DNA from: Ancylonema sp.
Taxonomy: Eukaryota
DNA: 64,000 nucleotides
Direction: 5' to 3'
Assembly (NCBI GenBank): GCA_050230475.1
Contig: JBFLGF010000046.1
Span: 1 to 64,000, forward strand
The translations under genes were made by a program, and so were the position numbers. Shown piece after piece: positions 15,682-27,589 of this stretch (position 1 is its first letter; each line of letters opens with the position of its first letter). The notes beneath the pieces are model-generated. The model was not told the DNA's origin. It saw only the letters and a program-made list of their open reading frames with translations, and did no database searches.

Positions 15682-18600
15682 ATGGTTGCACCGGCAGCTG
15701 CAATTGCAGTGGTGGAAGGGGTTGAAAAGGGAGAGTTGGAATCAAAAGTTTTACTGGCTATTAGGTACACGAGGGGCAAGCACGAGCTTCTAGATCAGGT
15801 ACCTGCGTTCGCGCTTAACTTTGTACCTTTTCAAACCTTGGAGAACAAATTTAAAGGTAATCCAGGTGTCGTGACGTACTGCATTGAAGTCTTGTAATGA
15901 CGGAAAGGATCTGCATGCCTGGGGGGGAAGGAATCTTTTCATCACACTTGTAAAATTGAAGATAGCAATTCAGTGTGATCCGTGATTTAGTGTGAGTCCG
16001 TGTGATCCGTATTATTATTACTTGTGGTGCGTGACCTTTGCGAGGGTTTGTATATCTTCACAGGATCATGACAAGCTGAGGTGGCTGTGCAGAGAAAATT
16101 ACCACATGAAAGTACGTATTTGGATGTCCCAGATTCTCCTGCTGCTTGGTGCGTACATCTTTCTGCCATTTTTCCTCATAATGAGAATGAGAGCGAAAAT
16201 CTCAGCAGTCTTCTTCGACAAATATAAAATCGCAGTGTAGCGCAGGAATTGTTGTAATGCGGATTGTATGATCGATCGATAGTTACAGTGCGGAATTCTG
16301 AGAAGGGGACGATGGACGTTGCATAACAAGTTTTATGTGATATCATATGTGTCTGCAGGACGGCCATCCGAGATATGGTGGTCCGCGGTGCGCCAGCCAT
16401 TGCAATCGCTGCTGCCTTGGCTCTTGCGGTGGAACTTGCTCAGAAACCTCCTAGTGGCAGTGCCACTGAGGCTGCTCAAGTCATTGCTGAGCGTCTTGAC
16501 TATTTGGTTTCCAGGTACCCATGCTTCCCACTTGTTTCTGCGTGAGATGGAGATGATGTCTGATCCTTACGCATGAGTCCAGGCACGTTATGTCGTTCAG
16601 CGAGTCGATTTGCAGATATTGGAGGATGTAATTTGTGGATGTTCTTTTCTTTTCCGTACATACTCAATTAGAGATGAAATTAAATTCAATCAAAATAATA
16701 ATGAAAAGATGAAAGCCTACAACGTCCATATGTTGGTGCACTATGAGACCGGTTTCACTTCCTCAAATTCACCAACGCACACATATTCATTCTTCCCTTC
16801 TTCTCGCACCCTCTCCAGTCGCCCTACCGCAGTGAACCTGGGAGATGCAGCCGCGAAATTGAAAGGAGCGACCAGCAAAGCAGCTGATCTGAAGCAGGCA
16901 ACAGCGGATTCCGTTGTGGAGGTAAATCATCCCGCCTCTCACTCAATACACTCCACCCTCTCTACGGGCACACTCTTTGTTGGTCATACTCTGGTGCCTT
17001 TTTGGTGCCTTTGTGTGCCTCTACAGGGGGTTGTTGCGGAGTATGTGGGATATCTCGGTTTTGTTGGCCAAATTTGATGCCTTCGTAGAGGGTGTGCCTC
17101 AAGTCGAGGGTGCCTATATAGAGGGATGAGTGTGCCACGGGGTTAAGGTTCAGAGAAATAATTTATGCTTCCTCCCCACCTCTGCCAGGCGTACATCACT
17201 TTGGCAGAGGCCATGCTTGCTGATGACGTGGAGGCCAACGTGTCGATTGGAGCTTATGGAGCTGCAGCCATCCTTGGTGCGGTCCAGGGGAAAAAAACAG
17301 AAGGGCTGCACGTGCTCACACACTGCAACACAGGCAGGTGGGATTCCTAGACCCGTGAAGGCCTTTAATAGTTGTACTCATTTGAAAAAAAGGAAAAAAT
17401 AAAAGAGGAAAAACGGATAATTTGCCAAAAAAAACAAATGTTGGTTTTTTCCAGTGTATATTTATTTTCCTTGCTGCCATTTTCATTTTCTCTGCAGTCT
17501 TGCCACTGCCGGCTTTGGAACCGCTCTGGGTGTCATCCGCTCTCTGTATGCGCAAGGCAAGCTGGAGTCGGCTTTCTGCACCGAAACCCGGCCTTTCAAC
17601 CAGGTACATAATCTTTATCATTTGTATTAAAAAAAGTGGATAAATGAACTACTAAAAAAAAAAAAAAGTTGTCGCCTCCCTCGCCATATACCCACCGCAT
17701 GCATTCTCCTCCCTTCCCCCCCCCAGGGTTCTCGCCTCACCGCCTTCGAGTTAGTTCACGACGGCATCCCCGCCACGCTCATCGCTGACTCAGCAGCAGC
17801 TGCCCTCATGGCGGCTGGGAAGGTGGACGCCATCGTGGTCGGAGCAGACAGAATCGCAGCAAATGGTAAATCAACAGCTCTGACCCTGCAATCAATCCAA
17901 AGCTGTACAGATTCTTACCATCATCCGTATGGTGTCTATCCTTTCTCACTGTATTCCACATCAATCTTATGGTATTTGTCCTTCCCATCATTTGCCCCAC
18001 CCTCATCACTGTCATCCTTTTCATCCCTCTCATCCTTCACATCATCCTATCACCCGTCCTATGATCCGCACCATTTGCATGGTATCCGTCACACGACCCT
18101 CCTCACCATCCCATCTCTCCCCCATCTTTACTCTATGTCACACATCCCTCCACCCTTCCACCCCTCTCACCCATCCTCCCCTCCCCCCCTCCCCCTCCCC
18201 CCCCCCCCCCCCCCAGGCGACACCGCCAACAAGATTGGCACCTACTCCCTGTCCGTCTCCGCCTTCCACCACGGCATCCCCTTCTTTGTGGCCGCCCCCC
18301 TCACCTCCACCGACCTGGGGACGGCCACGGGAGAGGACATTGTGATTGAGGAGAGGGACCCCAGGGAGCTCACGCACGCGCTGGGGGGGGCGGGCCCTCA
18401 GGTCGCGCCGGATGGCATACAGGTGTTCAATCCGGCGTTTGACGTCACGCCCGCGAATCTCATCACGGGGATCATAACAGACAAGGTGAGGCGGGGGGGG
18501 GGGTGTATCGTCGGTTTTTTTTTTTTTTTTTTTTTTTAAAGTGCATGTAAAATGCGTCAATTCTGATTCTGGAAACTTGGTCGTCCGAGGTACTTTTCTT

Positions 18601-21600
18601 GAGCCCTAAAATGGCCTTCGTTCTGTCGCGTCGAAAATTAATAACAGGAGGTGACCAAAAACCAAGTGGTAAAGACAGCACGTTCCCATGTCAACTACCT
18701 ACCCTCTCTCTCCCTCCCCCCCCCCCCCCCCCCCCCTCCCCCTCCCCCCAGGGACTCATCACCAAAGTAGACACGGAAGACACGTTCGACATCCCCCACT
18801 TCATCTCCACCCTCCAACAACAGCCCCCATCCTCCCCCTCCCACCCCCCCACCCCCTGCCACCTCCTCTCCAAGCTGGGCCTCAAGAACCTCCTGGCCTG
18901 CCTCCCCCACCCCCCCAACCGCCACAGCAGCATGAGGAAGACGGAGCCCCACCCCCTCCCCAGTACCTCCACAGTAGAAACCCCAGAGGTCCTGGCTGCC
19001 AGGGGGTTCAGGCCGCTGACCGAGGGCCTGGTGGCGGGGTACCTTGGGGGGAAACCGGAGCTGGCGGCGCGGTTGGGGGGGGGGGTGGAGGAGTGGAAGG
19101 TGGAGGAGGTGGGGGATGGGAACTTGAACTATGTGTACATCGTCAAGGGGCCGTCCTCCAGCCTGGTGCTGAAACAGGTGGGTAGAAAAGGCGACTCACT
19201 TCCCCGACTTACCACCCTGAACCACTACCCCCCCACACCTTTTTTTTCTTTTCCTCTCTTCCTTTTTGAATCGCGTTGGTATTATGTCATTCTCCCTTAC
19301 CAAAACAAACAGGAAAATAAGAACAAAAACAAAGAAAAAGCAAAAAAAACAAAAAAAACAACAAAAAACAAAAAACAAAAAAACAAAAAAAAAAACTTAC
19401 ATCCTTTTTTCCACCCCTACCCCCCCCCTTTCAGGCCCTCCCCTACCTCCGCTGCGTAGGCGAGTCCTGGCCCATGAAACTAGCGCGAGCCTACTTCGAA
19501 GTCAACGTACTCCGGGCTCACGGCGCCCTCTGTCCCGACCACACCCCCCCCGTCTACTTCCACGACCACCCCATGGCCCTCACAGTGATGGAGTTCCTCC
19601 CCCCCCCCCACATCATCCTGCGCAAGGGGCTCATCGGTGGGATCATCTACCCGCACCTGGCGGAACACGTGTCGGATTACATGAGCAAGACGCTGTTCCA
19701 TACTTCGCTGCTGGCCATGAATACGGAGCAGCATAAGGCGGCTGGTGGGGGGGGGGTACCCGTTTTGGTGAAGTTTTGATGGGGGTTCCCCATCAAAACT
19801 TCACCTTCTTCATCCTAATTAATCTCTTCTTTCTTTCTTCCTCTCCTTCTACCCACCCACCCCACCTTCTACTTCTTCTTCTTCTTCTTCTTCTTTGTCT
19901 TCTTCTTCTTCTTCTTCCTCTCCTTCTCCTCCTCCTCCTCTTCTTCCTTCTCCTTCTCCATCTCCATTTCCTTCTCCTCCCCCTCCTCCTTCTCCTCCTC
20001 CTTCCTTTTCTTCTCTCTTAAGTGATCCACTACTCGCCCCCTTTTCAGTTGCCAAGTACTGCGGAAACGTGGACCTCTGTCGTCTGACGGAGATGGTGAT
20101 CTTCACGGACCCTTACCGCGAATCCTCTTTCAACCGATGGGATTCCCCAGAACTGGACGAGGATGCAAAGGCACTGAGGGAGGACGACGGGTGCAAGCTC
20201 GCCATCGCAGACCTAAAGAAAAAGTAAGGGGAGGGAGTGTTGGGTAGCCTCCCTCACGACCCCCCCCCCCCTGCAGCAGGAGGAAGGGGGGGAACGTGCT
20301 TACTAAAAGAACACGGTTCTGGAGAACGCCAGCTGTCAATGTGTGCCCCTGACGTCTTTTCCACGACCTATCACATACAGTTGTTGCAGAGATTGAGGGA
20401 AGTGGTCGCTCTCTGTGTGCGTGCCTCTCTAAAAGTAAGGCTGAACCTCCGTTGACTTTCGAACATTGACCCGGACGTTGACTCGGCCGTTGACTTTCCA
20501 CCCCCAGGTTCTGCGAGCAATCCCAGGCGTTGATCCACGGCGATCTCCACACGGGTTCCATCCTGGTCACCCCCGATTCCACGTGGGTGATCGACCCCGA
20601 GTTCGGTTTCTACGGCCCCATGGGGTTTGACGGGGGGGCGTTTGTGGGCAACCTGATGCTGGCCTACTTCAGTCAGGAGGGGCACTGTACTGAACAGGAT
20701 ACGCGGCAGGTGGGGGGGGGGCTTGGGGTGGGGGGTGGGGGGTAGGGCTGTGGCCATTGGTGTAGGCACCCTTTTGGTGGTAGGGTGTTTGGGTGTGGGT
20801 TTAATGGAGGGATAGAGGGGGAGGGAGAGGGGGAGGGAGAGGGGGAGGAAGAGGGGGAGGGAGAGGAAGAGGGGGAGGGAGAGGAAGAGGGGGAGGGAGA
20901 GGAAGAGGGGGAGGGAGAGGAGAATAAGAGGGGGAGGGGGAAGGTGCGTGACAGGAAATTGTATTGTTTCCGTTCTCATATTCTAGTGGCTTAAGGGAGG
21001 GTGAAGTAATGAAGAGGGGTGGCGTGTGTGTTTGGTCGAATCGCGTGTTCGCAGGAATACCGTCAGTGGAGTTTGACGACGCTGATGGCGACTTGGGATT
21101 TGTTTATCACCAAATTTCTGAAGCTTTGGGACGAAAACGCAACCTTTTCCGCGGGAGACGCGTATCCCGCGGACCTCTACGACTCTCCCACCCTCTTGAA
21201 GGCGGCACAGGATAAGTTTGTGAGGGACCTTTATTTGGACACGGTTGGGTTTGCTGCCGCGAAAATGATTCGGTGAGCGGGTACACTTAAAAATCCGATG
21301 TAAGAAACCTATGAAAAGCCGGTTCAAATGCTTCATATAACTTACTGATTTTATTCTATAACTCACAAGTTGAGGGAACAGACAAAAATCGATGATACAT
21401 TATTCTCACACCAAGTAGTTTCTTATACCAATGTCCTTCATACACTTACACCTCTACATAAGAAACTTCGTTGTAAGAAACTCTTCTCCATCTGAGAAAT
21501 TATTTTTCGGGTGTTTTTTTGGCGTTTCATACTCAGAATGTTGATATGTTAGAAACATTCGTTGTAAGATTTTTTATATATATAAAAAAGTAGGATTCTC

Positions 21601-21910
21601 ATATCGGGGTTGGAGTGTATGGAGGTTTGAGAGTACCACGAAGAGGAGGTACTACCAAGGTCGTTGTGTGTCTTCGGTGGCGTTGTGCGTTTCAATCCTG
21701 AATCTACGTGGAAGTTGGGTTTTGGGATGTGGTTGGTTTTGCAGGCGGATAGTGGGCATTGCTCATGTGGAGGACCTCGAATCCATTAAAGACAGAGAGA
21801 TAAGAATCAAGTGTGAACGGAAGGCTATCAACTTCGGTAAAATGCTTCTGAAAGAGAGGCACGAGATCCCTACAATGGCTGCTGTTGTGGCTGCTTTGCG
21901 GTCCGAGTAA
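15682..21910 (+). CDS. Fused methylthioribose-1-phosphate isomerase (MtnA/MTI) - methylthioribose kinase (MtnK/MTK), 863 aa
   Basis: Fourteen GT-AG exons: 15682-15798, 16093-16148, 16359-16514, 16819-16921, 17189-17337, 17498-17603, 17727-17865, 18217-18485, 18752-19177, 19435-19744, 20049-20223, 20508-20709, 21055-21272, 21745-21910 (2592 nt, phases consistent). Isomerase motifs: [71 protein letters not shown]. Kinase motifs: [52 protein letters not shown]. Confidence 0.9.
19870..20000. repeat. Intronic (CTT/CCT)n polypyrimidine low-complexity tract
   Basis: CTT and CCT triplet runs in intron 19745-20048. Confidence 0.85.
20815..20920. repeat. Intronic purine minisatellite (GAGGGGGAGGGAGAGGAA)n
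   Basis: About 4-5 copies of an 18-bp unit in intron 20710-21054. Confidence 0.85.
21284..21617. mobile_element. TA-flanked MITE (family B) in the last intron of the MTI-MTK gene
   Basis: TA|CACTTAAAAATCCGATGTAAGAA ... TTCTCATATCGGGGTTGGAGTG|TA. Related to 30681-30843. Confidence 0.75.
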
Positions 21911-22747
21911 TTCATTCGAATTTCTTGTGTTTGGTCACTAGCATTGGTCGGACATCAATGCCAATGTTATTCAATGTCATTGGCTTATTGGCAATATTGC
22001 GATGTAAGATGGAATTTACGTGGGGTTGTCCATTCTCCTCGTGTTGTGGGTCTACTGTCGTGTACAAGTACTGTGCACACTACTTAGTTAGTGGTACCTC
22101 AACGTCTATATTTGGCAACAGCTATATATTATTGATGGTCTCCTCCCTTCTATTTGTGCATGACACTGATTACTACCTAATAGGTAGTACCTACATTGTG
22201 GCTAGTATACGTGTACTTCGATGAAACTCAGTTTTTCAAAGAGGGGCCTTGCGAGTGGAAAGCATGATTGGGCGACGTTACCAATCCATGCACTACACAT
22301 AGGCTGGCATAGAGGCATTCATGGAATCAGGAGGTCATAGCCCCATATTTCCTGCGTCAAGCAGTTTGTAGGAAATTTAGAACTTCGTTATGCGTGGACA
22401 GTCATTTAGATTGTAGGGCCACGTACGACTCATGTTCCTATCCGGGTAGGATACACACTCCAGGTTCAGATCCCTGTCGAATTGGCGTTTTGTGACCTTT
22501 TTGGGTGCACTCACAATATGTGCTGCAGTGCAAGTGTTGTCTACTTCACACAACCCATGGGAACCAAAGTGAGGTAGATAGCCGAAAAGCTTCTGATCAC
22601 ACACATTTTGTCCAAACAAAAACATAGTTGTTATCGACAAACAATTGAGTGATGTTGACCATGACAACCATGGTGCATAGAGTTCCTCAAGAGTGCTAGA
22701 TTCATGGTTACATCGTGTTTGAGGCACTTATTCAACATACCATACTG

Positions 22748-23200
22748 GCCATACAGAATGACCCGGGAGGGGAAAAAAATGTGGTGACCCAGGCAAATAT
22801 AATTATTACCCCGTTACCCATAAATATGACCCGGGTAAAATATATTTATTATACAGTGACCCGGAAAACAGAATGACCCACCCCAAAACAACTCGTGCTT
22901 TTCACCGCACTAGTTACATATCAATCATGAAACCGTAAACTTTCGGCCGTCATTTTTTTCTGGTTTATATGGATTATTTTTAGGTCACTACATTGTTCTA
23001 TTTACACGAAAGCATCCGTTCACTTTCCGACACCTCAAATTTATTCGCCGTTCATCCGTTCACTTTACACCACAAAACCGCTCACTTTTCTTTGTCTCAA
23101 TTAACCCGCCGTTCATCCGTTCACTTTGCATCAAAAAAACCGTTCACTTTCCTAAATCTCAAATTTATTTGCCGTTCATCCGTTCACTTTCGTTCAAAAG
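22748..23200. repeat. Probable DNA-transposon subterminal region: GACCCGG motifs plus ~62-bp tandem units
   Basis: GCCGTTCATCCGTTCACTTT recurs at 23047, 23108 and 23171 with similar intervening sequence. Several TGACCC(G/A)GG motifs lie at 22760-22880. Confidence 0.55.
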
Positions 23201-25272
23201 CCTTGCCTTAGATTTCGTTGTTGGCTCCAGAATGCGGCCCTCGAGACTGCAGCGGACTGTTAGGAGGAGGGGAGCCAAGAAAAGCAAGGGGAAGGAGAGG
23301 GTGGAAGAGGTCAAGGTGGATGCGGAGGAGATGGAGGATGGGGGGAGAAGGGCGGGGAACACTATTTACACATTTGGTTGATGAACTCAGAGGAGGAAGA
23401 GGGTGACGAGGGCGACGAGGACGAGGAGGACGAGGACGAGGAGGACGAGAAGGAAGAAGTGGAAGATTAGTGAAGAGTAGATAGTGATGTCACGACGTCT
23501 GAGATCGTTAGCTGTTTTACCCCTACTATGTAATAAATGTCTCCCTAATCATAAATCATGTCCGCGCCGCTCCATATTATGAGTTCCGCCTCACTACAAC
23601 TTCCGCCCCGCTCGCCGGTCCCGCTCCCGAGCGTGAGCCCCATTTCAAGATTTGATTAGATTTGATTAGGTTTGATTTGATTTAACATTATTAGCCGTCG
23701 ATCCGACGGGGTACTTTTGTAACTAGTCAGCAATGCAAATGTGATGACTTGTAATAATTGTTAGCCGTCGATGAATATCCGACGATAGAGATTGTAGATA
23801 AGACATTTGCACGCGAGTCTTATTTGTGAGATTGGATTGTAGATCGACACGCGTCTAGCGTTGTCTGTAGATTTTGAATAAAGCATTTGTAATCGAACTC
23901 ATAATTTAGCTTTCGCTGAATCTAACGCTGAAGAGACTCGCATTCCATCTTGCCTCTCGTATAATCTGCATCTCGTGCATCTTGTGCTTTGCCTTGCATC
24001 CTCTGTGCTTTGCATTGCTTGTTGTCGTGTATTGTCATTGGAGTATAACTTCTTTGGGCGTCGATTTTTTCCTTCATCAATATTGTTACCGCCACACACT
24101 GGTATGTGATCAGTCCTCGCACTTCTCTTTTTTTTTTCAATATGCACCACGACATGTCGTCGTTCGGAAAAACTACACCATGTGTAAAAGTAGAGCAATT
24201 TCGGAAACGGAGATTCATTACCGGTCGTATGTTTCTGGCATATGAATATAGTTGTAACCAAGTGCCGAATTCTACTTCGCGATGTACGGATCAATATCAG
24301 GCGGCATAAACGAGGCCGGCGATCCAACTAGAATTTATGCGGATATCACAGTTAACTCATACCGAAATTTATTGGGCACATAATGGTCAGAATAGGTTCC
24401 GCTCTTTCCAAATGATGTGTTTTTTTGACACGTGTATTGCATATTTTGTAGGTTTAAGTTTTGGAAGTGACACGTAATGTGTTGTACATTACGCAAGAAG
24501 CGTGACGTACTAGTCTAGCATGAAGATGCCGTGCGGCGTGATAACGCGTTCATTTGCCGAGTTTTCGGAGACACATCTTTACTAGGGTTCCCTAGTTTAG
24601 TTTCCCCCCCTTTTTATTTTATTCTCATACACTCGTGATTACGTCGGAAGTAAATTTCGGTATTAATTTCGGTATCGATACGAAACGGTATTACTATACT
24701 TTATACACATCTATACTTTTCTTTCTTTGTTATGAGTTCATGTTGTGTATTTTGAGCATTTTGTATCGATGTATCGGAAAGCATGTACACATTTGCATAA
24801 ATTTGTGTCGGGTTTGATCCTCCCGGGATCAGTATTTTCGGAGTCTTGAATATTTCGGGAAGAACACAAGTTTCGAGTTGTTATGGCAGCGCATCGGCGT
24901 CATCATTGCCAAGCTTACAAGAATTTGAGATCCGATTCCGGTGTCGTATTTCTCGACGTTTTTCTCACCTTATCGAAACTACAACAGCACACCCCTACAC
25001 GAATATATTTTCTTTGTAATAATCAAAGCTCCATTGTAGGACATACAATGTAAATAATATTTTGAGCACAATATTAGTGACGCACCAGTGCCGTCTGTCT
25101 TCACAATACATCGAAATTCGTCTAACAAAAATGACTTTTAACAATCGGAATATCTGATAAGCAAAACAAAATATTACAACCATGTTATGTGGATGTCAGA
25201 GCGTGACTCCGTCCAGACGTAATAAAGGGGAACCTTATGGACCCGTTCAATCCGGAGGCATAAATTATCATA

Positions 25273-25835
25273 TAGTAAACCCTTGATATAGTGACAATTT
25301 TATAGACAGAGGAAAATAATGTCACTATATCGAATGCCAGGGGTGTCACTATACACGATATAGTGACATTTGATAGGGCGACATTGAGCAGATGTCACTA
25401 TATCGAAGGAAAGTGGAATTTAGGTTATCAACCAAATCAGGTGCGCATAGTTTTTTATTGAAGAAGGTAGGTCATTTATGTGGCGTTTTACCCGTTTGTT
25501 ATAATATCCACTCGCTTTAACAAACCTTTTTGAAGTAGTAATGTCAGGACAGGTATACAATATTAATTCAGACAGGTTATTAATTTATTATTAACTTATT
25601 TTCTAAAATATTCGGGAGGTTATTAATTTTCACAACGTTAATTTAGACATGTTTTACTCTATAGTGACATCTCAATAGTAGAACCTATAAAAATTTGGTC
25701 ACTATAACGTGTGTCACTATAGCGATTGTCACTATATCGAGTGGGTTTTTATATAGGATTAGAAAAAGGGCATTAAACATGTCACTATATCGTGATTGTC
25801 ACTATATCGAGTGTCACTATATCAAGGGTTTACTG
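25273..25835. mobile_element. Tc1/mariner (pogo/Tigger-like) MITE
   Basis: 24-bp TIR (T/C)AGTAAACCCTTGATATAGTGACA and its reverse complement, many GTCACTATA subterminal repeats, TA on the left and TG (decayed TA) on the right. Confidence 0.8.
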
Positions 25836-26086
25836 TGGCCAGATGCCAGCAATGGCCTGGTAGAGTTAAAAGCCGGATCTATGCACAGTAGTGTTGCGCC
25901 ACGTGGTGTCAGCTGGGCAATTGTACTCGATCGGACCTTAAATTTGTGTACGGAGTCCGTGGCGGGCAGAGTGTCCCTAGAGAAGACAAAGAGCAAGTGG
26001 CTGATATTCATTCTTCGCGTCTCCTGCCTAGATTTGGCGAACGCGCGGTACAGAACCAAGAGACGCAGAACCAGGACTCCGAAATA

Positions 26087-26224
26087 TAGTCCCAGGTAGT
26101 AGTGAAGGCGTGTCGGATGTCGAGCAAATTGTGACTGGGTTCTGTGGTAACGACGTCGTTACCACAGAACCCAGTCACAACTATCTCGAAACTTGACACG
26201 CCTTCAGAAAGAACGTGGGACTAC
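26087..26224. repeat. Inverted repeat with a perfect 52-bp loopless palindromic core (26129-26180)
   Basis: TTGTGACTGGGTTCTGTGGTAACGAC|GTCGTTACCACAGAACCCAGTCACAA. Imperfect arms TGAAGGCGTGTC/GACACGCCTTCA and TAGTCCCA/TGGGACTA extend the stem. Confidence 0.9.
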
Positions 26225-26428
26225 ATAGGGAAAGAAACTCCGTAGACTCCTAGTAAGGCCACATACTAATATTCTTCCTTCCGTTATTTCCTCCTGTCGA
26301 GGACGGAGGCTCACTTCCACTTCTTTGAGTGCGCTTTGCCTCACGTTTTATCCCAGGTGTATACAGAATTACTCGAAGCTACCATCCTGTCTTACTTGTG
26401 TTACAGAGTGATTATTATCATCAGGAAC

Positions 26429-27001
26429 ATGGCTTCCATGAAGACATTGTTTTTGGTCGCAGGTCTTGTGTACCTGGTTGCCCTGGCGAATCCGACTGGT
26501 GCCACTGCGCGCACGCTCAGCCACTCGATTGAATACGCACCCGAACCATCTCCCGTACTGTACGAGGCTTATGACATTACCGAGAAGATGTGGGAGGGTG
26601 GGCTGACCGATGTATCGGGCATCAATCCTCATTTCAAGACCCTCGGTGTCCAGAATCGCCACGTCCACGCGTCCACCGCTGACGGTGCAGAGCAGGTGAG
26701 TCAAAATCCTCGATTTTTGAAGGCATAAAAGTGATGGGTGGCATTTGAAAAAAAAAAAACGCACGATCGATCACGTCTCCCATTCATTTTAGTCTGTGTG
26801 CTTTTACCGCTGGAATATTCAGCATGTGACTTGTAAGTGCTCTTTGGCTATTAGTACTTGTCTTGTAGTTCTGATGGCTGTAGTAAAAGCGTGAGGATGG
26901 CCTTCACCGTTTGTCTGACTTCCGATGGTCAAGTATCCATTTTCGCGCAGGGTGCTGACGTGGCATTTGGAGATTCCACCAACGCGGAGGCTGGAAACTA
27001 G
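26429..27001 (+). CDS. Small secreted protein of unknown family, 105 aa, two exons
   Basis: Exon 1 26429-26695 (CAG|GTGAGT) and exon 2 26951-27001 (cgcag|GGT...TAG) join in phase 0. The N-terminus MASMKTLFLVAGLVYLVALANPTGATA|RTL looks like a signal peptide. Confidence 0.6.
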
Positions 27002-27589
27002 TGAAGCTTGGGTTCGAATTTTCCGATACTGTGGCCAAAGCTTGCTAGCTCGGAGTATGCGCAACAAATATGAACTTTCTGATGAAGTGACGCCTCACCC
27101 ACTATTTGACGCAATATTCAACGTTTAGGGGAGGTGATGACGTTATCGTTTTCATTTAGGAACCACGTAGGTCTTCACTTTTGACAGGCATTCTAAAGTC
27201 GGTAGTCGGTTGTCGGTAGTGTGTTCGAATGACATCAATTTCGGTGTTCGAAAACGTGGATATGACTGAGAATGTAATACCAGGATTCTGGACGATTGCT
27301 TCACGAAATATTAAAAAAACGAAATGGATGACCTACTCGTCACGACCATACACGTACATGCAATTTTTTATTCCATAAAAAAATAATAAATATTCCACCT
27401 CTTAGCGGGTGATGGGGCTACCATTATCTTTTATTTTTCCCCGTGGGCCCGCTCAGCTTTCAAAATTTCCGGCTTGGAGACCAACTATGATGCTAATAGT
27501 GCACAACGCAAGAGGTCGATGTTGACGACGTTTTGCGTTCGGTATGGTCAATAACGGGCGGGTCAAACAAACACACAACAAACAAACAA

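Noticed and set aside
19780..20994. Poly-Leu, Ser/Pro and Glu-Gly ORFs
   Set aside because: They are translations of intronic CT- and GA-rich simple repeats.
23013..23192. CRISPR-like 20-bp repeats at ~62-bp spacing
   Set aside because: The spacers resemble each other (a tandem repeat), the context is eukaryotic and there are no cas genes.
23218..23470. Acidic/basic low-complexity ORFs
   Set aside because: No recognisable domain or splice structure; probably a transposon remnant.
23488..24986. Possible solo LTR ending ...CTACAACA
   Set aside because: No matching left terminus or TSD was identified.
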